In this document: in pieces, positions 18,515-27,200 of the stretch
How positions within the stretch are numbered: the first letter of the stretch is position 1
Layout: each line of letters starts with the position of its first letter
Source: Nitrosopumilus sp.
Lineage (GTDB): Archaea; Thermoproteota; Nitrososphaeria; Nitrososphaerales; Nitrosopumilaceae
Length of the DNA stretch: 64,000 nt
Direction of reading: 5' to 3'
NCBI GenBank assembly: GCA_965207445.1
Contig: CBDBLX010000002.1
Location: 1,783,849 to 1,847,848 of the forward strand
Program-made: the position numbers and the translations under genes
The notes under the pieces: model-generated
Seen by the model: the letters and a program-made list of their open reading frames with translations, nothing else
Databases searched by the model: none
Told to the model about the DNA's origin: nothing

Positions 18515-20878
18515 CTACGCGGCTTTTCTCTTCGATATCCGCGCTATCTCTTTCCGTATGATGTCTTGGTCAATCGCGTCCAGATCCCGGTTGACTGCGA
18601 GCCGTGCGGAAGCTTCAATCGCGTCCTTGATGATGTCGGCGCATGAAAACCCGTCGGTTAGTTCCGCCAGCTGCTCAAAGTCGACGCTCTTGTCGTACGG
18701 GCGGTTCATCAACCCTATCTCAAACAGTGACTTGCGGGCCTCAAAGTCCGGAGGGGGGACATATATTTTCTTGTCAAATCTGCCGGGCCTCAAGGCAGCA
18801 GGGTCCATCCTGTCGACGTAGTTTGTCGCGCCGACCACCAGTATCCTCCTCTCGGCTGCGTTGTTGAGCTGCATGAGAAACTCGTTGACCTCCTCCTCCT
18901 TGTAGGTACTCATGTGGAAAGTCTTCGACCTGCTGGGAATCAGCCCGCTGATCTCATCAAAGAAGATTATTGCAGGCGCGCTCTCTTGAGCCGTCGAAAA
19001 CGCGCGTCCTATGTTGCCGACTGCACCGTGTATGTAGGGCGTTGCAAGATCCGAATGCGCCACCTCAAAGAAATTATAGTTTAGTTCCTCGGCCAGCTTT
19101 CTGACCATAAACGTCTTGCCGCAGCCAGGTGGGCCGTATAGGAGTATGCCATTGGGTATGGTAACCTTGAATTTTTCAAATTTCTCCGGGTGCTTGAGCG
19201 GATTTATCACGTCGGATATCAGGAGATTTTTTAGTTCCTTCATGCCGGCGACGCCTTCCAAGCCCCTTGAACAGGCATCATTACTACCGTTTTCCGCGCG
19301 CGGCCGGGATCGTAGCGCGGGTTGTACGTGGTGGCGATTCGCACTTATTTTTTTGGATATCCGCGCTATCTCTTTCCGTATGATGTCTTGGTCAATCGCG
19401 TCCAGATCCCGGTTGACTGCGAGCCGTGCGGAAGCTTCAATCGCGTCCTTGATGATGTCGGCGCATGAAAACCCGTCGGTTAGTTCCGCCAGCTGCTCAA
19501 AGTCGACGCTCTTGTCGTACGGGCGGTTCATCAACCCTATCTCAAACAGTGACTTGCGGGCCTCAAAGTCCGGAGGGGGGACATATATTTTCTTGTCAAA
19601 TCTGCCGGGCCTCAAGGCAGCAGGGTCCATCCTGTCGACGTAGTTTGTCGCGCCGACCACCAGTATCCTCCTCTCGGCGGCGTTGTTGAGCTGCATGAGA
19701 AACTCGTTGACCTCCTCCTCCTTGTAGGTACTCATGTGGAAAGTCTTCGACCTGCTGGGAATCAGCCCGCTGATCTCATCAAAGAAGATTATTGCAGGCG
19801 CGCTCTCTTGAGCCGTCGAAAACGCGCGTCCTATGTTGCCGACTGCACCGTGTATGTAGGGCGTTGCAAGATCCGAATGTGTCACCTCAAAGAAATTATA
19901 GTTTAGCTCCTCGGCCAGCTTTCTGACCATAAACGTCTTGCCGCATCCAGGTGGGCCGTATAGGAGTATGCCATTGGGTATGGTAACCTTGAATTTTTCA
20001 AATTTCTCAGGGTGTTTGAGCGGATTTATCACGTCGGATATCAGGAGATTTTTTAGATCCTTCATGCCGGCGACGCCTTCCAAGCCCCTTGGACCGGCAT
20101 CACCACCGCGTATTTCAGTACGCGTCAGAGACTGTCGGGATCGCCGCTCTTGCGGGCCCGTGGCGTCTCTGCGACCTTTCCTGTGATTCCGGTCCAGTTT
20201 TGTGTGCGGGCGCGGGTTGCGCCGGCGTGTCTCTGGGCCGGCATACAAATCTCTGGGCCTTGTGGGTGTGACGCCATGCCCTGTCAAATACGTGAAGACT
20301 GGTTTTTTGTCACGATATAGAACCAGTTCGGGTGTGGTATCTTCGTGTTTCATCTCCAAGGATTCAATATCTCCGCTTATATCCTTGAATCGCTTACCGG
20401 TGTTGCCGACAGCCAACGTAACGTAAAACTCAAAATCATCCCCGCTACTGTGATCGTACTTTGTTGCTTGGGCGTTAGGAAGCAACGCCTGTGCAATGTC
20501 GTATCTCATCTGCTTCAATGATTCGTTGGGTTTTATTTTGATGGTTATGGCACCGCGGTCTCGTGCAAGTCGCTTGCTATGGACGCGTGATGATAACCCG
20601 TCTGTTGAGAATCTTGCATCGGGGTGTGTCTCAATCACTGCAATTATCACATCTATTATCTGTCGTTCCATCATACGCGTTGAGAACGGCCCGAATAGGG
20701 AAATGTATGGGAACCTCCTTTCCTTGTCTGAAAGAATTTCTTGAACGTATTGCATGTGTCTCTGCGCATCACGCCGCAAGTCACCGCGCAGTCTGATTCC
20801 AACTAACCAGGGTACTTCTCTTGTGGTTTGCACGGTCAATCTATTCGTATGACAATAATTAATGTTTATGAGTAGCAC
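18515..20878 (-). CDS. Degenerate 2H domain fused to two tandem AAA+ ATPase domains (Cdc48/FtsH-like clade)
   Basis: 2x GPPGCGKT, IIFFDE, ATNYVDRMDPAALRPGRFD; N-terminus homologous to 21339-22589 but with YISL/YVTL replacing HITL/HATL. Confidence 0.88.
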   Translation of the reverse strand: MLLININYCHTNRLTVQTTREVPWLVGIRLRGDLRRDAQRHMQYVQEILSDKERRFPYISLFGPFSTRMMERQIIDVIIAVIETHPDARFSTDGLSSRVHSKRLARDRGAITIKIKPNESLKQMRYDIAQALLPNAQATKYDHSSGDDFEFYVTLAVGNTGKRFKDISGDIESLEMKHEDTTPELVLYRDKKPVFTYLTGHGVTPTRPRDLYAGPETRRRNPRPHTKLDRNHRKGRRDATGPQERRSRQSLTRTEIRGGDAGPRGLEGVAGMKDLKNLLISDVINPLKHPEKFEKFKVTIPNGILLYGPPGCGKTFMVRKLAEELNYNFFEVTHSDLATPYIHGAVGNIGRAFSTAQESAPAIIFFDEISGLIPSRSKTFHMSTYKEEEVNEFLMQLNNAAERRILVVGATNYVDRMDPAALRPGRFDKKIYVPPPDFEARKSLFEIGLMNRPYDKSVDFEQLAELTDGFSCADIIKDAIEASARLAVNRDLDAIDQDIIRKEIARISKKISANRHHVQPALRSRPRAENGSNDACSRGLEGVAGMKELKNLLISDVINPLKHPEKFEKFKVTIPNGILLYGPPGCGKTFMVRKLAEELNYNFFEVAHSDLATPYIHGAVGNIGRAFSTAQESAPAIIFFDEISGLIPSRSKTFHMSTYKEEEVNEFLMQLNNAAERRILVVGATNYVDRMDPAALRPGRFDKKIYVPPPDFEARKSLFEIGLMNRPYDKSVDFEQLAELTDGFSCADIIKDAIEASARLAVNRDLDAIDQDIIRKEIARISKRKAA
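18534..20091. repeat. Near-identical 736-bp direct repeat (18534-19269 and 19356-20091)
   Basis: 822-bp offset; only a handful of substitutions visible. Confidence 0.93.
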
Positions 20879-21338
20879 GAATGCATGATCAAGCCGGAGT
20901 CATTCAACGCGGGATAATTTGACTAATCCACCCGTTGGAATGACCTACAATCTCTAAATTTTGTCCTCTGACCATATCTGTATACAATACACGGGCGTGG
21001 CTTCTGTCATTAGGGTGGGTTGAGCAGCCCGGCCAAATATTGGACACCTGCCAAGAATAATCAGGACGCTTTCTAGAGCACGAACAGACGTTGTAACCAT
21101 CAAGATTTAGAGCCGGATCTCGTAGTGACATCTGGGAGGGAAAGACATGGCAAAGGACACAGATAAGAAATTGCGGATAAGATTGCCGTGCCTGTGAGAG
21201 TGGTCTCAGTTTTGAAGTACACTCTCACGTAGTATTCTGCGTATATCAATAGACTTTATGGCATGGTCTACATTGGAGTGTCGCGTCATGTGACATGGTT
21301 TTCTGTGTAAAAAACTGGCCCATGCAATTCACGCACCT

Positions 21339-22589
21339 TTATTCGGAGATCTTTGCAATGATCTCGTCAAGGTTCATTGGAGCGTATTTGGTATATTCTA
21401 CACAAACGTTCACCGTCTTGTTTCTTTTGTTAATGTGGGGGTATGTAACAGGATAGTTGTTGTGCTTGTCTCCGTGTATGACCCACCCGTCCCAGTCCAG
21501 TGTTCTGTCAGGGTCGTGCATCAAAAGAAACTCGTAGCCGTCATACTTTATGAGAAATCTGTCCTCTATGACCTCTGCCTTTGTAATGACGTCAGTGTCG
21601 TGGTTGCCGCGTATGAACCGTATCTCGCCGTTCAATCTAGAGAGCCAAAAGTCAATTGGTCTGTTTTTTCTTCCGAATGTCATGTCGCCTAAATAATATA
21701 CCCTGTCGTCTTTCCTTACCCTGTCATTCCAATTACTGATCAGTGTGTGGTTCATATCATAGACGGATCTGAACGGCCTGTCACTGTATTTTATGATGTT
21801 TTTGTGGTCAAAATGCATGTCACTGACCACAAAAATACTTCCTCTACGCCCACTCTCGTCTGTGAATTGGCGAGCATCGTAACTCGGCTGGTTTATCTTC
21901 AACAGACGCAGGAGCCGCCCCAGATTCGTGGAGCGGAATTGGCGAGCATCGTAACTCGGCTGGTTTATCTTGGGATCGTCATATAAATTCCGAGGCCTTA
22001 CTGGCGTAACATCATGTCCTACAAGATATGTAAAAACCGGGGACTGCTCACTATACAAAATCAGCTCCGGCTCGATGTTTTCGTGCTTGAATTCATGCGA
22101 TTTGAGTTCTTTGTTTATATCCTTGAAGAGTTTTCCTGTCCTGCCGATCGCTAACGTGGCGTGAAACTTGAAGGCGTTCTTTCCATCCCGATCATACTCC
22201 GACGCTTGAGAGTGCGGCAACAGTTCTTGCGCAATGTCATACCGCATTTGTTTTAGATCTTCATTGGGTATTATTTTGACCATTATAATGCCACGGCCCT
22301 CAGAAAACAATTCACTATTATCAAATGATGAAAATCCGTCTGTTGAGAATCTTGCTTCTGAATATTTCTTGGCCATGCTGATTAACGTGTTTATTATATG
22401 TCGTTCTGCCATGTGCGTAGAAAATGGCCCGAACAGTGTAATGTGTGGAAAACGCCTCTTCTTGTCACGAAAATCATGCTGAACTTCTTTCATGTAGTAT
22501 CGTACATCGGATCGAAGGTTGCCGCGCAGTCGTATGCCAATCAGCCACGACTCTTTTCCTCTACTGGCGCGCATACCAACATCATACAT
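21339..22589 (-). CDS. 2H phosphoesterase fused to a calcineurin-like metallophosphoesterase (motifs intact)
   Basis: PHITL, FHATL; SDMHF, LGD, GNHD, MHDP, HGDKH. Confidence 0.88.
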   Translation of the reverse strand: MYDVGMRASRGKESWLIGIRLRGNLRSDVRYYMKEVQHDFRDKKRRFPHITLFGPFSTHMAERHIINTLISMAKKYSEARFSTDGFSSFDNSELFSEGRGIIMVKIIPNEDLKQMRYDIAQELLPHSQASEYDRDGKNAFKFHATLAIGRTGKLFKDINKELKSHEFKHENIEPELILYSEQSPVFTYLVGHDVTPVRPRNLYDDPKINQPSYDARQFRSTNLGRLLRLLKINQPSYDARQFTDESGRRGSIFVVSDMHFDHKNIIKYSDRPFRSVYDMNHTLISNWNDRVRKDDRVYYLGDMTFGRKNRPIDFWLSRLNGEIRFIRGNHDTDVITKAEVIEDRFLIKYDGYEFLLMHDPDRTLDWDGWVIHGDKHNNYPVTYPHINKRNKTVNVCVEYTKYAPMNLDEIIAKISE

Positions 22590-22618
22590 GCATCAATAAT
22601 TAACATTTAGGTACAACC

Positions 22619-22771
22619 GAGGTTGGTGCGTAATTGACATTAGTCCTGCCTGTGACCCTTCTATGAGATTATTGAATAATTTAATTTATACATATAAAAC
22701 TCTGGTGATATTTGCAGATGACTTTGCAAGTACGATGCAGGTGGCGATTTGATGAATTACGCACCAACCTC
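22619..22771. mobile_element. 153-bp MITE with 17-bp TIRs and a 9-bp target duplication
   Basis: GAGGTTGGTGCGTAATT / AATTACGCACCAACCTC; GGTACAACC at 22610-22618 and 22772-22780. Confidence 0.88.
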
Positions 22772-23150
22772 GGTACAACCATAGTAACTGTTCATCTCAT
22801 GTGACCGCATCCAGAGATGGACGTATAAGATGTACTTGGATTCGGGAAGGTGAACAACTGCCAATCCCGTACACAAAAGACAACCACTGGATCCGCCAGA
22901 ATCGCGCTGGTGTCAAAGGCCGTCACAGGTGACCCAAACTGTTTATGCAACCCCGCAGACCGCCTCTGGCATTGCTTCACCAGACCTCTAACCTGCCCGA
23001 GATTTTGCCGACGTGGTTGCCATCATACATAAAGCAGATCTTAGGTCCGGCTACGGCCGACTGCAAGGCGTGATTGTCGCGGACAAGATTTCAAGTTGGG
23101 GTTCTGATGAGTGTCTAACACGTTGGTCACTGCTGTGTTGTGTTGCCATA

Positions 23151-23900
23151 TCATTCACCGGGTCGTCCGCTCCAGTACGCTTCCCCCTCTGCGGCGGTGG
23201 CGCACTTGGCCCCGAACAGGTCGTTATTCACGCCGAGAAATATGCATACACCACCGTCGCACGCGGTTGCCCCTCCGGTGTGTGACGGGTACAGTAGATT
23301 GAACCTGTGGCCCTTGCTGTCCATCCAGATGTCTGTCGCCTCGTTGGGTCCCATGTGGTCTACACCTTCTACCCACGCCAAGTTCTCCGCCACCTGCTCG
23401 TGCGTGGCAAAGCCGTATTCGCCTTTCATGGTGTATGGACAGGTCCCGGTGTACGGGTTCACGTGGTCGTGGTAGTCGTACTCCAGAGTGTCGTGGACAC
23501 GGGCAAGTGCAAGATTGTATGCCCTTGCATCGAACGCGATCTGATGTCTGTCATGTTCCGCGCGTATGCCGTTGATATATTCTAAGTTGGCCCTTGATTC
23601 CTCCTCTGCAGTGTAGAATACGGGATCAAGTATTCCGGGCCATTCCAGTATGCCACCTACTCCTCCTGTCTCGGAAGCGTTGTCAGCCGTGCCGAACATG
23701 TGAGGCTTGTATCGGTCAGAGAACCATTCAATTCCATACATGATACCCCAAATTACAGCAGTGGCAATTATACTAAATATGATGAATTTGCCGATCCCAG
23801 ACATGATGCCGCGTGTGCGGCCGCCCCTACGATATCGCCGCCTCCGTGGCTTCCCGCGTCTGTTGCGCCGTGGTTCTCCCCCGAAAGTGTTGCGACGCAT
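23151..23900 (-). CDS. Membrane-anchored CAP (SCP/PR-1) domain protein
   Basis: Arg-rich N-terminus, TM helix, YINGIR, VAENLAW, WMDSKGHRFNLL. Confidence 0.85.
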   Translation of the reverse strand: MRRNTFGGEPRRNRRGKPRRRRYRRGGRTRGIMSGIGKFIIFSIIATAVIWGIMYGIEWFSDRYKPHMFGTADNASETGGVGGILEWPGILDPVFYTAEEESRANLEYINGIRAEHDRHQIAFDARAYNLALARVHDTLEYDYHDHVNPYTGTCPYTMKGEYGFATHEQVAENLAWVEGVDHMGPNEATDIWMDSKGHRFNLLYPSHTGGATACDGGVCIFLGVNNDLFGAKCATAAEGEAYWSGRPGE

Positions 23901-24388
23901 GGCCCCTCATTTCAGGCAGAATCCTGAGTTATTGTCATAATACTGATGACAGAATCTTGTCATGTCACACCTCTCGGAGTCTTCGATAAATGCCTTTGGG
24001 GGCTTTGCACCTGATAGTCTGCGCCACGGTCGTGCGCGCACACTATTCATGATTACTTTGGACCGTTTTCGTTTCAGGATTAAATTAAGCGCGTACTTAG
24101 TTTAACACATCTTTCGTTTTGCAGCCCATAGCAAGGTCACGGTATCGTTTGTGACTGCCGATTTGACCTGAGTTGATACTGGTGTATAATTCGTAAATTT
24201 AGACTATGAGGTCGTGTCCATGTGCTGAGCCGTATAACTTAGACACTCTGCTATTTGAGCCACTTACACACCAAATATTTTTCATTTATTTTGGAATTAT
24301 AAATAATGTGTTTTAGTTTGTTAATGTTGAGAGTCAAATAACTATCATACATACTCAACATATTAAACATAGAACAATTTACTATAGA

Positions 24389-24901
24389 TTGATGTTTAGT
24401 AAGAAAACAAAGTTAGATGAGGGAACCAACATATTCTCTGTAAAGAAGAATGATGGGTTCAACGACTTTATCTTTGGAACCGTAACAGGAATCAAAGGCA
24501 GAAAGGTAGGAGTCAACGGCATAATTGTAAATCCTGTGGGACTCAAAAACAAGCTTGCTCAAGGAAAGACTGGCCAAAGATCAAAAGAGATACTAGAGAA
24601 TCCAACACCAGACAACATAGTATTGGCACTCATATACAGAGTTGAGTATGAGAACTTTACAGACATACTAGACCTAGATGAAGATAAATGTGACATAATT
24701 CCACCGAGAATATATCTAATGTTAGATGGTTGGGTACGTGAGTCCTTGCCAGAATTAATCAACAAAGTTCTCTCATTGCCACCAGGTCCAGAAAGGGATG
24801 ATGCAAAACGAGTATTGCGACTCAGAATGGACACATTAACAGACAAGCATCTAAAAAGAACACTATATTCAGTATGCAGAAGTCTCAAGATACTCAACTA
24901 G
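24389..24901 (+). CDS. Hypothetical protein, 170 aa
   Basis: Long clean ORF with host-like codon usage, resuming the core region after the right TIR. Confidence 0.75.
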   Translation: MMFSKKTKLDEGTNIFSVKKNDGFNDFIFGTVTGIKGRKVGVNGIIVNPVGLKNKLAQGKTGQRSKEILENPTPDNIVLALIYRVEYENFTDILDLDEDKCDIIPPRIYLMLDGWVRESLPELINKVLSLPPGPERDDAKRVLRLRMDTLTDKHLKRTLYSVCRSLKILN

Positions 24902-24918
24902 AAATCATAATTTTGGCA

Positions 24919-25158
24919 GTAACCGTTCAACTTATTCCCAAATTTAGGCACAGATTCATTGCCTAACATCTGGAGCAGGTACGGGGATTTAACGGCTACA
25001 TTTTGGCTCCGGGGCAGGACTACATATGACCCTCCTGCGTAGGAGTGGGTACGGGGATTTAACGGCTACATTTTGGCAGTAACCGTTCAACTCATTCTCA
25101 AGTTTAGACACAAATTTATCACCTAACGTCTGGCACAAGTACGGGGTTTAACTGTTAT
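24919..25158 (+). mobile_element. Tandem cluster of ~80-bp MITEs (24919-24999, partial 25049-25069, 25079-25158)
   Basis: GTAACCGTTCAAC starts; TTTTGGCA at 24911-24918, 25071-25078 and 25159-25166. Confidence 0.85.
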
Positions 25159-25207
25159 TTTTGGCACTCGCATAGTTTTATATTATCTACATAAAGTGCG
25201 TTGATAC

Positions 25208-25516
25208 ATGGAATACGTCTATGCTGCACTATTACTTCACAAACTCAAAAAAGAGGTTAATGAGGAAAGTGTTAGTTCCGTCGTAAGGGCATCAGGTGCA
25301 GAGGTCAACGAAGCACAAGTAAAGTCCCTAGTTGCAGCACTAGCAGATGTTGATATTGATGAAGCCGTAAAAGCAGCACCAGTGGCTGTGGCGGCTACAG
25401 CAGCACCAGTGGCTGACGAATCTGCTACAAGCGATGCACCAAAAGAAGAGGAAAAGAAAGAAGAAGGTAAGACAGAAGAGGCCGCAATGGAAGGACTCTC
25501 ATCACTCTTTGGATAA
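25208..25516 (+). CDS. rpl12: 50S ribosomal stalk protein P1/L12
   Basis: MEYVYAALLLH...Ala-rich hinge...EGLSSLFG. Confidence 0.97.
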   Translation: MEYVYAALLLHKLKKEVNEESVSSVVRASGAEVNEAQVKSLVAALADVDIDEAVKAAPVAVAATAAPVADESATSDAPKEEEKKEEGKTEEAAMEGLSSLFG

Positions 25517-25788
25517 GCCCTCACATATTACCACCGTTTAACACGGCATTATTTCACAAATTACATAATGCTTGAGTATGGTTACAGAGATATCTGTAGT
25601 TACAGACATATATAAATAAAAAATCATACAGAGAAAACTAGACGACGTGATTAAACACGAGGCATATAGACATTAGTGAACATATTAGTATAATTTATAT
25701 CAAAACAAAAAACCAAAACAAAATATCAAAACAAAAAAACAATACAGAAAACCAAAACATCAAAAATAACATCAATTGTTACAACATT

Positions 25789-26214
25789 GTGAAAACAGAG
25801 AAAAAGAGATGGATCTTGTCAATTACACCACAAATCTGGAACATTACAGAAAAACGAAAAATGTATGCGGCCACAACAAAAACAGAAGTTTTGCGTGTCA
25901 AAAACAGAGACTTTGTGATATTTTACATACTTGGCACAGGCAAATTCAACGGCACATATGAGATCAAATCAAAATGGCGTGAACCATCTAAGAAATGGCC
26001 CATTCGTGTCACAGATGAAGTAGACTTGTCAGTCATCAAGATTGGAACTGTAAATGCACGTAATTTAGCGCCATCATTAGAATTTGTAAAAAAGAGCAAG
26101 TGGATTGGACTACACCTGCACAGTGGATTGGCAAACTATGGAAATCCCATAACTGCTAAAGATTACAAAACAATATCAAAGAATATGAAACACAATCCAA
26201 AATTATTTACATAA
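25789..26214 (+). CDS. EVE/PUA-like domain protein
   Basis: N-terminal Trp residues, RVKNRDFVIFY, LEFVKKSKWIGLHL, PITAKDYKTI pattern. Confidence 0.65.
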   Translation: MKTEKKRWILSITPQIWNITEKRKMYAATTKTEVLRVKNRDFVIFYILGTGKFNGTYEIKSKWREPSKKWPIRVTDEVDLSVIKIGTVNARNLAPSLEFVKKSKWIGLHLHSGLANYGNPITAKDYKTISKNMKHNPKLFT

Positions 26215-26330
26215 TTATATAAAACACATGTACATATCTTATTTTAAAATATTATATATACATATTTTATTTTCATGCACAAATTTCCATACTCAATAAC
26301 ATTACAAGTCACATTATAGTAGGAATTGGC

Positions 26331-27200
26331 TCAAGAAGGTTTGTAGTCTTTTGTACTATCAACAATTGATCTTGCATGTGCATCGGCTCTTTGTAATATT
26401 GCCTCTATTGTATCATCAGTGATAAATCCAGACTCAACTGAGAGTGAGCGGGCATGTTGAGAAGCCTTTGTTAGTATGGCAGATACATTTTCAGGTGTCA
26501 CAAATGCAGCTTCTATTGAGAGTGATACTGCCTCTTGGTGTGCAAGTGAGATGGCATCTCTGAATGAATCCACATCAATAGTCAAGTCATCAGCAGTGTA
26601 AAATATTCCATCCTCTAGCGCCACATATAGTGATATGCCAGCCTCAACAGGTTTTATGTCAATCTTGCCAAGTATAGATGCCAATTTCTCGTTGATGACC
26701 TCACCCTTTTGTACAGGCGTTGTGTCACGAGATATCCATATTGTGCCTTGATCAATTTTAGTTGGTATTCCTGCCTCTTTGAACTCTGTTAGCATTGGAC
26801 CAGGTGCAATACCAGTGTTCATCTCTGGCACAACTACATCAATACTAGAAACATCACCACCACGAGCAGCCATCATTATCTTGTTTTTTGCAAGCAGTAT
26901 GTTGAGTTTGAACGGTGACATATCAGTGAACATAAACATACACTGGCCAGCAAGTTCCTTTGAGATATCCGGTAACCCCCGTATATCACTTAACCCTTCA
27001 AATGCTTTTTTTGCCACCTTGTCTTTGATATTTACAAACAGTACCGTATCTTTGAGTGTCTTGCGCAACGGCAGTATCTGTACACCACGAACTTTGTCAA
27101 GTTTTACCAAGGCCATTACTTTGTGTTTTTTTGGTAGTGCCTGTAGCTGCTGATACATCTGAGTCTTTTTTGGCGAATATCGCGTTCTATTCTCATGCAA
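26331..27200 (-). CDS. rpl10: 50S ribosomal protein L10 (P0)
   Basis: NTGIAPGPMLTEFKEAGIPTKIDQGTI motif; adjacent to rpl1. Confidence 0.96.
   Translation of the reverse strand: MHENRTRYSPKKTQMYQQLQALPKKHKVMALVKLDKVRGVQILPLRKTLKDTVLFVNIKDKVAKKAFEGLSDIRGLPDISKELAGQCMFMFTDMSPFKLNILLAKNKIMMAARGGDVSSIDVVVPEMNTGIAPGPMLTEFKEAGIPTKIDQGTIWISRDTTPVQKGEVINEKLASILGKIDIKPVEAGISLYVALEDGIFYTADDLTIDVDSFRDAISLAHQEAVSLSIEAAFVTPENVSAILTKASQHARSLSVESGFITDDTIEAILQRADAHARSIVDSTKDYKPS

Larger units (their letters stand above)
16164..24179. mobile_element. ~8-kb non-autonomous cargo element bounded by 114-bp imperfect inverted repeats
   Basis: 16164-16277 vs reverse complement of 24066-24179: about 10 mismatches by eye; flanks TGTTGTAT (16155-16162) and TGGTGTAT (24180-24187); GC-richer interior; no transposase inside. 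Confidence 0.85.

Noticed and set aside
18534..20091. Near-identical repeat pair as a DGR template/variable region
   Set aside because: Far too long, both copies in frame in one gene, and no reverse transcriptase in the window
21864..21971. 36-bp repeat / 36-bp spacer geometry resembling a mini CRISPR
   Set aside because: Only two units, inside an intact ORF, no palindrome, leader or cas genes
16685..22589. Idea that the 2H enzymes degrade host (sponge) 2'-5' oligoadenylate
   Set aside because: No signal peptides and the host is unconfirmed; kept only as a substrate to test
24911..25166. Repeat-spacer-like cluster as CRISPR or tRNA
   Set aside because: Units are TIR-bearing MITE copies found dispersed elsewhere; no cloverleaf or T-loop motif
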